Shown: in pieces, positions 18,558 to 28,831 of the stretch
How the letters are laid out: every line of letters starts with the position of its first letter
Position numbering within the stretch: position 1 is the stretch's first letter
DNA from: an uncultured delta proteobacterium
GTDB taxonomy: Bacteria > Myxococcota_A > Polyangia > Polyangiales > Polyangiaceae
DNA length: 64,000 bases
Direction: 5' to 3'
Assembly: GCA_963841435.1 (NCBI GenBank)
Contig: CAWJCS010000004.1
Location: 224,001 to 288,000 of the forward strand
Notes under the pieces: generated by a model
The model's input: only the letters and a program-made list of their open reading frames with translations
Told to the model about the DNA's origin: nothing
Database searches by the model: none
Translations under genes and position numbers: made by a program

Positions 18558-19031
18558 ATGCGCGGCGACCCCGAAATCATCGAGCTACTGAACGAGGTTT
18601 TGACGGCCGAGCTCACGGCCATCAACCAGTACTTCATCCACTATCGGATGCTCGACAACTTCGGCTACGACCGGCTCGCCAAGAAGAAGCGCGAAGAATC
18701 GATCGAAGAGATGCACCACGCCGACGAGGTGATCGAGCGCATCCTGTTCCTCGACGGCTTGCCCAACATGCAGCGCCTGTCACCCGTTCGTGTCGGCGAG
18801 GAGCCCATCGAAATGCACGACCTCGATCTCGCGGTCGAGCTCGACGCGCTCGCTCGGCTCAACCGCGGCGTGGCGCTTGCCGTCGCCAAGGGCGACAATG
18901 GAACACGGGCGTTGCTGGAAAAGATCCTTCGGTCCGAGGAGGAATCGATCGACTGGCTCGAGACGCAGCTGTCGCTCGTGAAAACGCTCGGCCGCGAGCG
19001 CTACCTGGCCGAGCAGATCGAGGGTCACTGA
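18558..19031 (+). CDS. bfr: Bacterioferritin
   Basis: ELTAINQY, ESIEEMHHAD (heme Met52), IERILFLDGLPN, IDWLETQ. Confidence 0.96.
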   Translation: MRGDPEIIELLNEVLTAELTAINQYFIHYRMLDNFGYDRLAKKKREESIEEMHHADEVIERILFLDGLPNMQRLSPVRVGEEPIEMHDLDLAVELDALARLNRGVALAVAKGDNGTRALLEKILRSEEESIDWLETQLSLVKTLGRERYLAEQIEGH

Positions 19032-19049
19032 GCGCCCTCCGAGCCGTCC

Positions 19050-20099
19050 TTGGCAGTCCGGAGGAGGATCTCACGCGTCGTTTCCGCCACTTGGGCGACG
19101 CTTTTTGCGGTGCGCGTGGCCGCGGCCCAGGCGGAAGCCCCGCCGGGTGACAGCGCGCCGAGCTCGTTGCCCACGGTCGATGCGGCGCTCGAGCTCGACG
19201 CACCCGAAGGCTGCGGCACCGAGGCGGCGCTCTCCTTCAGCATCACGCGGCGCTCGGATCGCATTCGAATCGATCCCACGTCGCCTCGCCGCCTGCATAT
19301 CGAGATCCGTGCCGAGGCTCAGCTCACGCGCGTCGTGCTCACGCTGTCGCAACCGAGTGGCCGGCACTCGACGCGCACGCTGCGGGCTTCGAGTTGTGAC
19401 GAGGCGCTCGAGGCGGCGGCCCTCGTCGCGGCCGTGTCGCTCGATCCGGCAGCGTCCGCCGCCCTCGAGCCCGCGCCCGAGCCGCCCCCTGAAAAGCCCA
19501 AGCCAACAAAGCTCGCCGCGCCGCCACCGCCGCCGCCCGCGCCGCCGCCGGCTCGGCTTTCGGTGGGTGCGGCCCTCTACGGTGAGGCGCTCTGGGGGCC
19601 TGCGCCGAGCGCTCTGCCGGGCGCGGGGATCATGGCGAGCATCGGCTGGGATCGCCGCGCGGTGCTCTCGCCCGTCGTGCGGCTCCGCGTGGGTCTGGCT
19701 TCGCGAGGCGGCTTCGAGCCTGGCCCCGGCACCTCGGGCACCGTCACCTTCAGGGTCATCGACGCCACGCTCGAGCTCTGCCCGCTACGGTTTGGCGTGT
19801 CCATGGTGGCGGTCCTCGCCTGCGCGATGGGCAGCGGGGGCCAGCTCTGGGCAGCAGGAAGGCAAACCACGGGCACTCAGGACCACGGCGAGCCCTGGGC
19901 GGCCGTCGGTGGATCCGCGGTTCTGGCTTTCCGGCCGGTGCCGTCGATCGAGCTTCAGGCGTTCTCGACGGTCGGCGGCGTGTTGAATCGACCGGGGTAC
20001 GAGTTCAGCCGTCCGGAGGAGAATATTCACATATATATTCATAGAGTTGGGACCGTCGCGCGGGCCGTGGGCGGCGCGGTCGGAATTGCGTTTCCGTGA
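19050..20099 (+). CDS. Exported hypothetical protein with Pro-rich linker and C-terminal beta-strand domain, upstream of the ECF sigma
   Basis: Signal-like N-terminus, CDEALEAAALVAA, APPPPPPPAPPP linker, amphipathic strands. Start uncertain. Confidence 0.7.
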   Translation: MAVRRRISRVVSATWATLFAVRVAAAQAEAPPGDSAPSSLPTVDAALELDAPEGCGTEAALSFSITRRSDRIRIDPTSPRRLHIEIRAEAQLTRVVLTLSQPSGRHSTRTLRASSCDEALEAAALVAAVSLDPAASAALEPAPEPPPEKPKPTKLAAPPPPPPAPPPARLSVGAALYGEALWGPAPSALPGAGIMASIGWDRRAVLSPVVRLRVGLASRGGFEPGPGTSGTVTFRVIDATLELCPLRFGVSMVAVLACAMGSGGQLWAAGRQTTGTQDHGEPWAAVGGSAVLAFRPVPSIELQAFSTVGGVLNRPGYEFSRPEENIHIYIHRVGTVARAVGGAVGIAFP

Positions 20100-20130
20100 T
20101 CGACCGACCCCTGGCCCGCATGGCAAGCTT

Positions 20131-20706
20131 ATGACGATGGCGGATGTCTCCATGCTGCTCGTCGGGCCCAAGCCCGTCGACGAGGTGGCGCGTCGCAGCA
20201 GATTGGAAAAGATGTTTCGCGCGCACCACGAGCTGGTGTGGCGCACGCTGCGCCGTCTCGGGCTCGGCCCCGAGGCCGCTGCCGACGCGACACAGCAGGC
20301 CTTCCTCATCGCCGCCGAGCGCCTCTCCGACATCCGGCACGGGAGCGAGCGCGCGTTCCTTTTCGGCACGGCCATCCGGCTCGCTCGCACGTCGTATCGT
20401 TCCGGTCGACGCTTCCAGCTCGAGGACGATATGGATCACCGCGCGGACGGCGGCTCGAAGATCGAGGAGCTCGTCGATCAGCGTCGCGCCGTCGCCCTTG
20501 CCGACCGCGTGCTGTCGCAGATGGAGCCCACGTTGTTGACCGTGTTCGTTCTGTTCGAAATCGAAGGGCTTTCGACGCCCGAAATCGCCGAGCTCGAAGG
20601 TATTCCCCTCGGGACCGCGGCCTCGCGCCTCCGGCGGGCGCGCGAGGCGTTCCGTACGACCGCGGCGCGAATGGAGCGCACGATGCGCCGGGAGGCAGCG
20701 ACATGA
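20131..20706 (+). CDS. ECF RNA polymerase sigma factor
   Basis: VWRTLRRLG, DATQQAF, RAFLFG, VFVLFEIEGLSTPEIA...GTAASRLRRAR. Confidence 0.93.
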   Translation: MTMADVSMLLVGPKPVDEVARRSRLEKMFRAHHELVWRTLRRLGLGPEAAADATQQAFLIAAERLSDIRHGSERAFLFGTAIRLARTSYRSGRRFQLEDDMDHRADGGSKIEELVDQRRAVALADRVLSQMEPTLLTVFVLFEIEGLSTPEIAELEGIPLGTAASRLRRAREAFRTTAARMERTMRREAAT

Positions 20707-21380
20707 AGCGGTTGCTCGACGAAGGCGGCTCGTCTTTCGAGCGGGATCTCTTGAGCGCGTTGAGCGACGAACGGCCGTCGCCGGAGCTCTTGGCGCGCAT
20801 GCAGCAGGGGCTCGGTATTGCCTCGGGCGCCACGACAGCCGCTGCGGCCGCCACGTTCGGCTGGGCGAAGCTCGCATTCGCGGGGCTCGCTGCGGCGGGG
20901 CTCGCCGTCGGTGCCGCGGTGGTGCTGCGTCACCCGGCCGAGCCGGCGCCTCCGACCATTGCGCCGAGCCTGAAACCAGTTCCAGCCAAGGTGGAAGCGC
21001 CTGCCCTCCAGCCGGGGCCCGAGCCGGTGTCCGTGACCGACCTCGCGGTCGTGCCGGAAGAGGCGCAGGAGCCCGCCGCTCCGAGCAGGCCGCGGCCGGC
21101 CGCCTCGGTGACGGTCGACCTGAAGGAAGAGATCCGGCTGCTCGATCAGGCGCGCGCCGCCGTGCGCGGCGGCCAGGGCAGCGAGGCGCTCGCCGTGCTC
21201 GCCAAGTACAACCGACGCTACCCACGAGGCCAGTTCCGTCAGGAGGCGCAGGTCCTTCGCGTCGAAGCGCTCGAGCAGAGCGGGCAAAAGAAGGCCGCTG
21301 CCGAGCTCGGCAAGCAGTTCGTGGCCGCCCATCCCGAGAGCCCGCACGTCGAGCGGGTCGAGCGGGTCACCGGTCAATAA
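20703..21380 (+). CDS. Putative anti-sigma factor (TM, Pro-rich linker, C-terminal TPR-like domain)
   Basis: ATGA overlap with the sigma gene; one TM helix; EEIRLLDQAR..YPRGQFRQEA..HPESPH. Confidence 0.75.
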   Translation: MKRLLDEGGSSFERDLLSALSDERPSPELLARMQQGLGIASGATTAAAAATFGWAKLAFAGLAAAGLAVGAAVVLRHPAEPAPPTIAPSLKPVPAKVEAPALQPGPEPVSVTDLAVVPEEAQEPAAPSRPRPAASVTVDLKEEIRLLDQARAAVRGGQGSEALAVLAKYNRRYPRGQFRQEAQVLRVEALEQSGQKKAAAELGKQFVAAHPESPHVERVERVTGQ

Positions 21381-21443
21381 GGCCGTTTCGAGCCGCCTGT
21401 CTTCCCCCGCCGGGGGCATGGTGCTATTCGGCCCCCTTCGACG

Positions 21444-22199
21444 ATGAGCGGTCATTCGAAGTGGGCGACGATCAAGCGCAAGAAGGGCGCCACGGACGCG
21501 GCGCGCGGCCGTATCTGGACCAAGCTGATCCGCGAGGTCGTGACGGCCGCTCGCATGGGCGGCGGTGACATCGACGGCAACCCACGTCTGCGCAAGGCGG
21601 TCACCGACTGCCGCGCCCAGCAGATGCCGGCGGACAACATCAAGCGCGCGATCCAGCGTGGCACGGGGGAGCTCGATGGCGCCGCGTACGACGAGGTCCT
21701 CTACGAGGGAACCGGACCGGGCGGCACGCTCTATCTCGTCGAGGGCATGACCGACAACCGCAACCGCACCGCCGCCGAGCTTCGCAAGGTGTTCGAGAAG
21801 CACAACGGCCAGATGGGCGGGGCGGGCGCCGCCGGCTGGGCGTTCGACCGCTTCGGCGTGATCACGCTCGAAAAGAGCGTCGTGAGCGAGGAAACGCTCA
21901 TGGAGGCAGCGGTCGATGCGGGTGCCGACGATTACCGCGACGAGGGCGAGATCTGGGCGGTTTACACGCCGCCGCATGATCTGGACCGCGTCACGACGAG
22001 CCTCGAAGAAAAGAAGATCCCCGTGCAATCGAGCAAGCTCGCCTACGTGCCCAAGAACAAGAAGCCCGTGTCGGGTCGTGATGCCGAGGTGTGCCTGAAC
22101 CTCGTCGAGGCGCTCGACGAGCACGACGACGTGCAGAACGTCTTCGGCGACTTCGATCTGTCGGACGAAGAGCTCGCGCGCATCACCGGCGCGGACTGA
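21444..22199 (+). CDS. yebC: YebC/PmpR family protein
   Basis: MSGHSKWATIKRKKG, NPRLR, YEGTGPGG, TDNRNRT, DDVQNV. Confidence 0.96.
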   Translation: MSGHSKWATIKRKKGATDAARGRIWTKLIREVVTAARMGGGDIDGNPRLRKAVTDCRAQQMPADNIKRAIQRGTGELDGAAYDEVLYEGTGPGGTLYLVEGMTDNRNRTAAELRKVFEKHNGQMGGAGAAGWAFDRFGVITLEKSVVSEETLMEAAVDAGADDYRDEGEIWAVYTPPHDLDRVTTSLEEKKIPVQSSKLAYVPKNKKPVSGRDAEVCLNLVEALDEHDDVQNVFGDFDLSDEELARITGAD

Positions 22200-22267
22200 G
22201 CGCCGCGCAAGTCGTTCCCGCGTTCCAGCCGCGCGTCCGCGCACCGGCGGCACGCCCTCGGCGGTCT

Positions 22268-22582
22268 TCAGCGGCTCTTTGGGGTCGATTGCGTTGCCGC
22301 GAGACGCTTCGGCATGTCTTCGGCTTGCTGGCTCGCGCGAAACTCGATCACGCGAAAGTCGGCGAGGCCGCGGCTCACGAACGGATCCTCTTTCACGATG
22401 GCTTCGATCGCCTCGCGGCTTTCGCCGAGCGCGAGGATGATGCCGCCGTCGCGCGGGATCTTGCGGCCGGATAGGACGAAATGCCCCGAGGCATAGTGCT
22501 TCTTCAGGAAGCCCATGTGGGCGCGCATGGCGGCATCGATGGTCTCGAGATCCGCCTTGTAAGTGAGCTCGACGATGAACAT
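22268..22582 (-). CDS. YciI family protein
   Basis: AHMGFL, SGRKIPRDGGII, EDPF. Confidence 0.9.
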   Translation of the reverse strand: MFIVELTYKADLETIDAAMRAHMGFLKKHYASGHFVLSGRKIPRDGGIILALGESREAIEAIVKEDPFVSRGLADFRVIEFRASQQAEDMPKRLAATQSTPKSR

Positions 22583-22709
22583 GGTTCGGACGATGCGCTA
22601 CTACCGCGTCGCGCGGCCGTCCAATGCAACGAGTAGCTCCCGGAGCCGGGTGCGTCCGCGAGTGGAAGGCGCGATGGGTGCGGACGGCGCTCCCTGCTAT
22701 GGTTCCGCG

Positions 22710-23666
22710 ATGCCGTTCGACGCGAGCGAGGTGAAGCGCGCGCTCGACATAGCGGTCGAGAAGGCGCGGCGAAATCGCGAGGGCGAGCCGGCGCGTTACA
22801 TTCCCGAGCTCGCGAGCGTTCCGCTCGACACGCTGAGCGCCGCCGTCGTCGCGAGCGACGGACGTGCCATCGTCGCCGGCGATCACGCGGACCACGTCTT
22901 CACGTTCCAGAGCACGGCCAAGCTCGTCGTGCTCGCGGGTTTGCTAGAGGAGCGGGGGCCGGTCGAGGTGTTCGAGGTGGTGGGCTCCGAGCCCTCGGGC
23001 GACACGTTCGCTTCCGTGGCGCGCCTCGAGACCCACGGGCCGAAGCCGCCGAATCCGCTGGTGAATTCGGGCGCCATCGCGCTGTGCGGGCAGCTCCGCG
23101 GTGGCGTCGACGAGCGCGTCGCCTGGCTCGAGCGCTGGGCCGAGCGCGTGTACGGCGAGCGTCTCCCCGTGAACCAGGCGGTGCGGGCATCCGAGCGCGC
23201 CGCGGCCGACCGCAACCGCGCCATCGCCTACTACCTCAAGCACGGCGCCGTGATCGCGGGCGACGTCGAGGAGATCCTCGACGTGTATTGCGCCCTGTGC
23301 TCGCTCGAGGGCGGCGTGCAGCAGGCGGCGCACCTGCCCGCGCTGCTCGCCAACGGCGGCGTCCGCCCCGGCACGGGCGAGCGCGTGCTCTCGAAGCGCA
23401 CCGTGGCGATCGTCGTCTCGCTGATGGCGACGTGCGGCATGTACGACGAATCCGGCAACTACCTGGTCGCGACCGGTATGCCCGCGAAGAGCGGCGTGAG
23501 CGGGGCGATCGTCGCCGTCGTCCCCGGCGTGGCCGGAGTCGCCGTGTCGAGCCCGCGCCTCAACGACAAGGGCGGCAGCGTGCGCGGCCATTTCATTCTC
23601 CGCGAGCTCTCGCGAAAGCTCGGCTGGCATCTGGCGCTCTCCTCGCTCCAGGATGACGCGCCGTAG
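22710..23666 (+). CDS. glsA: Glutaminase
   Basis: YIPELA, FQSTAK (SxxK), EPSG, NPLVNSGAI, TCGMYDESG, PAKSGVSG. Confidence 0.95.
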   Translation: MPFDASEVKRALDIAVEKARRNREGEPARYIPELASVPLDTLSAAVVASDGRAIVAGDHADHVFTFQSTAKLVVLAGLLEERGPVEVFEVVGSEPSGDTFASVARLETHGPKPPNPLVNSGAIALCGQLRGGVDERVAWLERWAERVYGERLPVNQAVRASERAAADRNRAIAYYLKHGAVIAGDVEEILDVYCALCSLEGGVQQAAHLPALLANGGVRPGTGERVLSKRTVAIVVSLMATCGMYDESGNYLVATGMPAKSGVSGAIVAVVPGVAGVAVSSPRLNDKGGSVRGHFILRELSRKLGWHLALSSLQDDAP

Positions 23667-23720
23667 CGGCTTTTTCGTCTCGCGCCAGAGAGGGTGCGGG
23701 GGCTGCCGTGGTCGCCCCGC

Positions 23721-24386
23721 TCAGAACGGCCAGCGAAACTGCACGACGGAGAAGTAGCTGAACACGGCGTGCGAGATCGCGCTGGGCAGCAGGCGTCCGA
23801 GCCGCGCGGCGAGGAACGTCCAGATCACGCCGCAGCCGAACGCCGCGAAGATCAGCAGCGGATTGAATCCGACTCCCTCGACGCGCAGGCTGTAGGCGGT
23901 GGGCAGGGCCGCGAAGGCGTACAGCGCCGCGGCGGCGACCCAGCCGAGGCGCGTGCCGAGCCGCTCGTTGAGTCGGTCTAGGACGAGCCCGCGCCACACG
24001 AGCTCTTCACACAGCGTGATGACCAGAAGGGTGACCGTGAGCACGACCGAGCGCAGCATGACCTCCGGGTCACCGAGCTGCGCGTAGAGCGTGAGGAGCC
24101 AAAGCATGCGGCCCGTGCCCGTGGGCACGAGCACCGACCGCGCAGCCCACGAGGCGCCGAGCAGGACCATGGCGGTCAGCGCGCCGATCGAGATGTCGCC
24201 GGCGCGAGGCACGAGGCGCGAGGCGAGCGTGCCGTCGCGGCCGAGCGCGTAGAGCGCATAGCCGGCCAGCGCGAGGTGCGGCGCACCGAACAGCCAGAAG
24301 AAGCCCATGGTGCCCGCGTGCTCGGGCCGAAAAGCAAGGGCGTAGGTCGCCGTGACGACGGCGACCACGAGGGCGACCGCTCTCAC
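23721..24386 (-). CDS. CPBP (Abi/CAAX-protease-like) intramembrane metalloprotease
   Basis: EELVWRG and SHAVF motifs, multiple TM helices; GTG overlaps the coaBC stop. Confidence 0.85.
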   Translation of the reverse strand: MRAVALVVAVVTATYALAFRPEHAGTMGFFWLFGAPHLALAGYALYALGRDGTLASRLVPRAGDISIGALTAMVLLGASWAARSVLVPTGTGRMLWLLTLYAQLGDPEVMLRSVVLTVTLLVITLCEELVWRGLVLDRLNERLGTRLGWVAAAALYAFAALPTAYSLRVEGVGFNPLLIFAAFGCGVIWTFLAARLGRLLPSAISHAVFSYFSVVQFRWPF

Positions 24387-25717
24387 GCGGTCCTCTGCGC
24401 GAGCTCCAGGGCCACGCGCTCGAGCAGGCGATCGGCGGCCACGTGCTTCGCCGTGCGCTCGATGACCTCGCAGGTGCGCACCCCGACGAGTAGCGCGCGG
24501 ACGTCGTCGCGACCGATCGACTCGTCGGCTCGATTGGCTACGACGAGGTCGACGCGCTTTTTCATCAGTTTCGAGCGGGCGCTCGCCACCGCCTTCTCGT
24601 CGGGGTCCGTCTCGAGCGCGAAGCCGACGAGTAGCGGCAAGTCGCCGTGGCGCGCGCGCCCGATCTCGGCGAGCAGATCCGGATTCGGGACGAGCTCGAG
24701 CGTGAGTCCCTCGTCGACCCGCTTGAGCTTGTCGGAGCTCGTGACGCGCGGGCGGTAGTCGGCGACGGCCGCAGCCATGATCAGCGCGTCGGCGCCGGAC
24801 AGATCGCTGCCGAGCACGCGCCAGAGCGCCGTGCGCAGCGCCTCCGCGGAGCGCACGTCGATACGCTCGACGCCGGGCGGCGTGGGCAGGCCGACGGGCC
24901 CCGCGATGAGCGTCACGGCGGCGCCGCGCTGGGCGGCGCGCTCGGCGATGGCGAAACCGAACTTCCCGGACGAGCGATTGCCGAGATAGCGCACGGGATC
25001 GATGTCCTCGGCGGTCGGCCCCGCCGTGACGACCAGGTGCCTGCCGCGGAGAGGCGCCCCCGAAAGTCGGCTGAGCACGTCGGCCGCGATCAGCTCCGGC
25101 TCGGCCATCCTGCCGACGCCCGTGTCGCCGCTCGCGACCTCGCCTTCGACGGGGCCGACGAGCGCGATGCGCCCGTCGGCGAGCAGGGTCTGCACGTTGC
25201 GTTCGGTCGCCGGATGCGACCACATCGTAGGGTGCATGGCGGGTGCCACGAGGATGGGGCAGCCCGCGCACAGGCAGAGCGCCGTCACGAGGTCGTCGGC
25301 ACGACCGGACGCGAGGCGCGCGAGGGTGTCGGCGCTGGCGGGCGCGACGATCACGAGGTCGCTTTCTTTGCCGAGCCGTACGTGGGGCTCGCCGCTCGCT
25401 CCCGCGGCGAACATCTCACCTACCACCGGTCTTTTCGTGAGCCCCGCGAACGTTGCTTCACCGATGAACTCGCGTGCGGAGTGCGTCATCACGACCTCGA
25501 GCACGAGGCCCTCGGCGAGCAAGAGGCGCGCGAGGGCCGCCGCCTTGTACGCGGCGATGCTGCCCGTGACGCACAGCGTGACCTGGCGACCGACGACGCC
25601 GCTGCCTTGCGGGCCGAGGTTACCGGGCAACGTCGGCTCCGGGCGCGACGGCTCGAGACCCGCGCGGCTCGGGAACGCAGGGGGCGCCGCTCTGGGCTTT
25701 GGGGGCGGGATGGTCAT
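24383..25717 (-). CDS. coaBC: Phosphopantothenoylcysteine decarboxylase / phosphopantothenate-cysteine ligase
   Basis: TGSIAAYK, APASAD, PAMHPTMW, VTAGPT.E.IDPVRY.GNRSSGK, AAAVADY, GFALET. Confidence 0.96.
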   Translation of the reverse strand: MTIPPPKPRAAPPAFPSRAGLEPSRPEPTLPGNLGPQGSGVVGRQVTLCVTGSIAAYKAAALARLLLAEGLVLEVVMTHSAREFIGEATFAGLTKRPVVGEMFAAGASGEPHVRLGKESDLVIVAPASADTLARLASGRADDLVTALCLCAGCPILVAPAMHPTMWSHPATERNVQTLLADGRIALVGPVEGEVASGDTGVGRMAEPELIAADVLSRLSGAPLRGRHLVVTAGPTAEDIDPVRYLGNRSSGKFGFAIAERAAQRGAAVTLIAGPVGLPTPPGVERIDVRSAEALRTALWRVLGSDLSGADALIMAAAVADYRPRVTSSDKLKRVDEGLTLELVPNPDLLAEIGRARHGDLPLLVGFALETDPDEKAVASARSKLMKKRVDLVVANRADESIGRDDVRALLVGVRTCEVIERTAKHVAADRLLERVALELAQRTA

Positions 25718-25745
25718 GGGCGCGAGCGTCTGCTCCTAAAAGCTA

Positions 25746-26342
25746 TCACGACCGCACGCGGGCCTTCGAAACGAAGCGGTTGCCCCGCTCGAAGAAACGC
25801 CACGGCCGCGCGGCCCAGGCGCCCGCGTAATCGATGCCGACGCGCGGCGAGCGCCCGACCGCGCCCCTCGGCCCGTCCAAAAGGAACAGCCGGCCCCGGC
25901 ACAGATCGGCGCCGTAGGCGGCGCGATCGATGCCGAACGCGACGCAGAGCTTGCCGGGACCATTCGTGAGTCTCACGTCGCCCGGCGAAAGCCCGCGCCG
26001 CCGTGCCATGAGCTCGACGCCTTCGAGCGGCTCGATGGCGCGCAGCAAGACAGCGTGTGGCGCACCGACGCGCGTCGTCACGAGGTTCAGGTGGTAGTGC
26101 ATGCCGTAGACGAAGAACACGTACGCGTGTCCCGGGGGGCCGAACATCGCCTCGGTTCGTGCCGTGCGGCGCCCACCGAACGAATGCGCGGCGCGATCCT
26201 CCGGACCTCGGTAGGCCTCTGCCTCGACGATGCGTCCGGCGACGCGTCCGCCCGGTGCGTCGTGCACGAGCACCTTGCCGATGGCGTCCCTCGCGACCGC
26301 GAGCACGGGTCGGGCGTAGAACGACCGGGGTAGCGGTTTCAC
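25746..26342 (-). CDS. DNA-3-methyladenine glycosylase (MPG family)
   Basis: GRIVEAEAY, YVFFVYGMH, AVLLRA, NGPGKLC, RVGI, PWRF. Confidence 0.93.
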   Translation of the reverse strand: MKPLPRSFYARPVLAVARDAIGKVLVHDAPGGRVAGRIVEAEAYRGPEDRAAHSFGGRRTARTEAMFGPPGHAYVFFVYGMHYHLNLVTTRVGAPHAVLLRAIEPLEGVELMARRRGLSPGDVRLTNGPGKLCVAFGIDRAAYGADLCRGRLFLLDGPRGAVGRSPRVGIDYAGAWAARPWRFFERGNRFVSKARVRS

Positions 26343-28517
26343 GGCCCGAGCCCGAGCAGCTTGCCGCCCTGGTAAACCAAAAAGCTCGCCGCGTACGCCA
26401 GCACGCTCATGTACGCGAACAGGAACGCCGGCCACCGGAGGCTCCTGGTCTCGCGACGCACCACGGCGAGCGTGCTCATGCACTGGCAGGCCAGCGCGAA
26501 GAACACCATCAGCGAAAGGCCGACGAGTGGCGTGTAGCGCGGCTTGCCGTCCACGCGCTCGTTCTTGATCTTTTCGCGCAGCGGTTCGGTCTTCTCGTCG
26601 GCGTCGCCGACGCCATAGACGAGCCCGAGCGTCGACACGAACACCTCGCGCGCCGCGAACGCGCCGATGATGCCCACGTCGAGCTTCCAGTCGAAGCCGA
26701 GCGGCGCGAACACGGGCTCGATCGCCTTGCCGAGCCGGCCGGCGTAGCTCTGCTCGATGCGCGGCGAGACGCTGGCATCGCGTGTGGCGACGGCGTTTGC
26801 CGTCTCCCGCGTGTGGGGGGCCGCGGTCGTCGTTTCACCGTTGCGCGGGAAGGCGAGCAGAGCCCAGAGCACGATCGTGCACGCCAGAATCACCGTGCCC
26901 GCCTCCTTCAAGAACACGGTTGCGCGCTCACCCAGGGTACGCGCCGTCACGCCGAGGCTCGGCATCCGGTACGGCGGCAGCTCGAGAATCAACGGCACTC
27001 GCCGTGCCTTCACCACGGTGCGCCCCAGCACGAGCGCGACGATGAGCGTCGTCACGATCGCGAACCCGTACATGCCCACCATCAAAAGGCCTTGCACGGG
27101 CAACCAGCCGAATAGGTGCGAGGGGGGAAACAACGTGGCGATCACCAACGTGTAGACGGGCAGGCGGGCCGAGCAGGTCATGAGCGGCACGACCAGCATC
27201 GTGAGCAGGCGGTCGCGCTGGCGTTCCATCGTGCGCGTCGCGAGGATCGCCGGCACGGCGCACGCAAAACCCGAGAGCATGGGCACGAACGCTCGCCCGT
27301 GAAGGCCGAGCGCTTTGAGCACTCGGTCCATCAAGAACGCAACACGGGCCATGTAGCCGGAATCCTCGAGCAGCCCGATGAAGAAGAACAACAGTAGGAT
27401 CTGCGGCAGGAACACCACGACGTTGCCGACGCCGCCGATCACACCATCGACCACGAGGTCGCGCAGGATGCTCGGTGGCAAGAGCCAACGCACGCCCGAC
27501 GCGAGCGCCGCCATGAGATCCTCGATCAGCGAGATGGCGGGGTCGGCCCAGGAAAACAGCGCCTGGAACACCACCACCATCATGCCGAGGAAGATGGCGA
27601 AGCCCCCGATGGGGTGCAAAAGGACGCGGTCGAACGCGCTCCGACGACTTTCGCTTCGGCGGGTGCCGCTCGACGCGCGCGTACAAGCCCGGCAGGGCCG
27701 CGTCGATCACGCGATAGCGCGCGGCGATGCGCTCCTGATCGAGGTCGCGGTCGCCCGCCCGTGCGCGCACCTTCTCGCACGCCGCGCGCAGCGCTGCGGG
27801 CACGTTCCTGAGCTCGTCGTCGTCGTCGATGCTGCCGAGCGCCCACAGGGCGAGCGAAAGGTCACTCCGCTCGTCGCGCCGCCACGAGGCTGGCAGCGCT
27901 TCGGCGACCTCCCGCGCGTCGGCGAGCAGCGCCGGCGGGTAGGGGACGTTCACGTGCCCCTTCGCCGGCGCTTCCATGGCCTTCTCGAGGGCGCGCTTGA
28001 GGTCGTCGATGCCCGTGCCGCGGCGAGCGTCCGTCCCCACCACCGGCACGCCGAAAAGGCCCTCGAGGCCGCGCAGGCTCGGCGGATTGTGCCCGACCTC
28101 GTCGAGCATGTTGACGACGACACAGAGCGGCACGCCGAGCTCGACGAGCTCGAGCAGCAGGTAGCAATTGCGGGCGAGTTGCCCGGCATCCACGACGAGC
28201 ACGCACAGGGTGGGCTCGGGATGCCCGTCGACCCCCAGCACCGCCTCGAGTGTGATTTGCTCCTCGGCCGAGCGTGCGGAAAGCGAGTACGCGCCGGGCA
28301 GGTCGACGAGCTCGGCACGCCCGCCGTTCGGCAGCGCCACCCGTCCCGCGCGGCGCTCGACCGTGACGCCGGGGTAGTTGCCGATGTGGGCGCGCTCGCC
28401 CGTCAGCTGGTTGAAGAGGCTCGTCTTGCCGACGTTCGGGTTGCCGAGGAGCAAAACGACGCGGCGCTCTGCGTGCGCCCGCACCGGCTCGATGAGGACG
28501 CCCGCGCTCGCGGTCAC
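26339..28517 (-). CDS. feoB: Ferrous iron transporter B; frameshift near 27633
   Basis: GNPNVGKT, GNYPGVTVE, DLPGAYS, NMLD in the 5' ORF; EDSGYMAR, GFACAVPA, CSARLP, ELPPY in the 3' ORF. Confidence 0.95.
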
Positions 28518-28825
28518 GGCCCGCCTCGAGCCGCAGCCGGCTCGAGGCTCGGGGTATCGCGCTCCGGTCGGGGCGCGCGGTTCGGCACGGGCTCGGCGAT
28601 GCGGATCGCTGCGGCCTCGGTCCTGCGGATCGACAGGCTGGCACCGCGCACCAAAAGCTCCAGCGGATCGCCGAGCGGCGCGACACCGACGAGCTCCACG
28701 CGCGTGCCGGGCACGAGGCCGAGCTCCATGAGGCGACGGCGGAAGCTGCGCGCGCCGCCGACGTGCTCGATGACGGCGCTGTCCTTGAGCCCGAGCTCGG
28801 CGAGGTGGGAGCGGCGCGCGGTCAC
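28514..28825 (-). CDS. feoA: Ferrous iron transport protein A
   Basis: RRLMELGLVPG, APLGDP, LSIRRTEA; stop overlaps the feoB start. Confidence 0.93.
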   Translation of the reverse strand: MTARRSHLAELGLKDSAVIEHVGGARSFRRRLMELGLVPGTRVELVGVAPLGDPLELLVRGASLSIRRTEAAAIRIAEPVPNRAPRPERDTPSLEPAAARGGP

Positions 28826-28831
28826 GTCCGA

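Noticed and set aside
27600-27660. Programmed frameshift or pseudogenisation of feoB
   Set aside because: No slippery heptamer, both halves look intact, and the same +1 error pattern occurs at six other loci.
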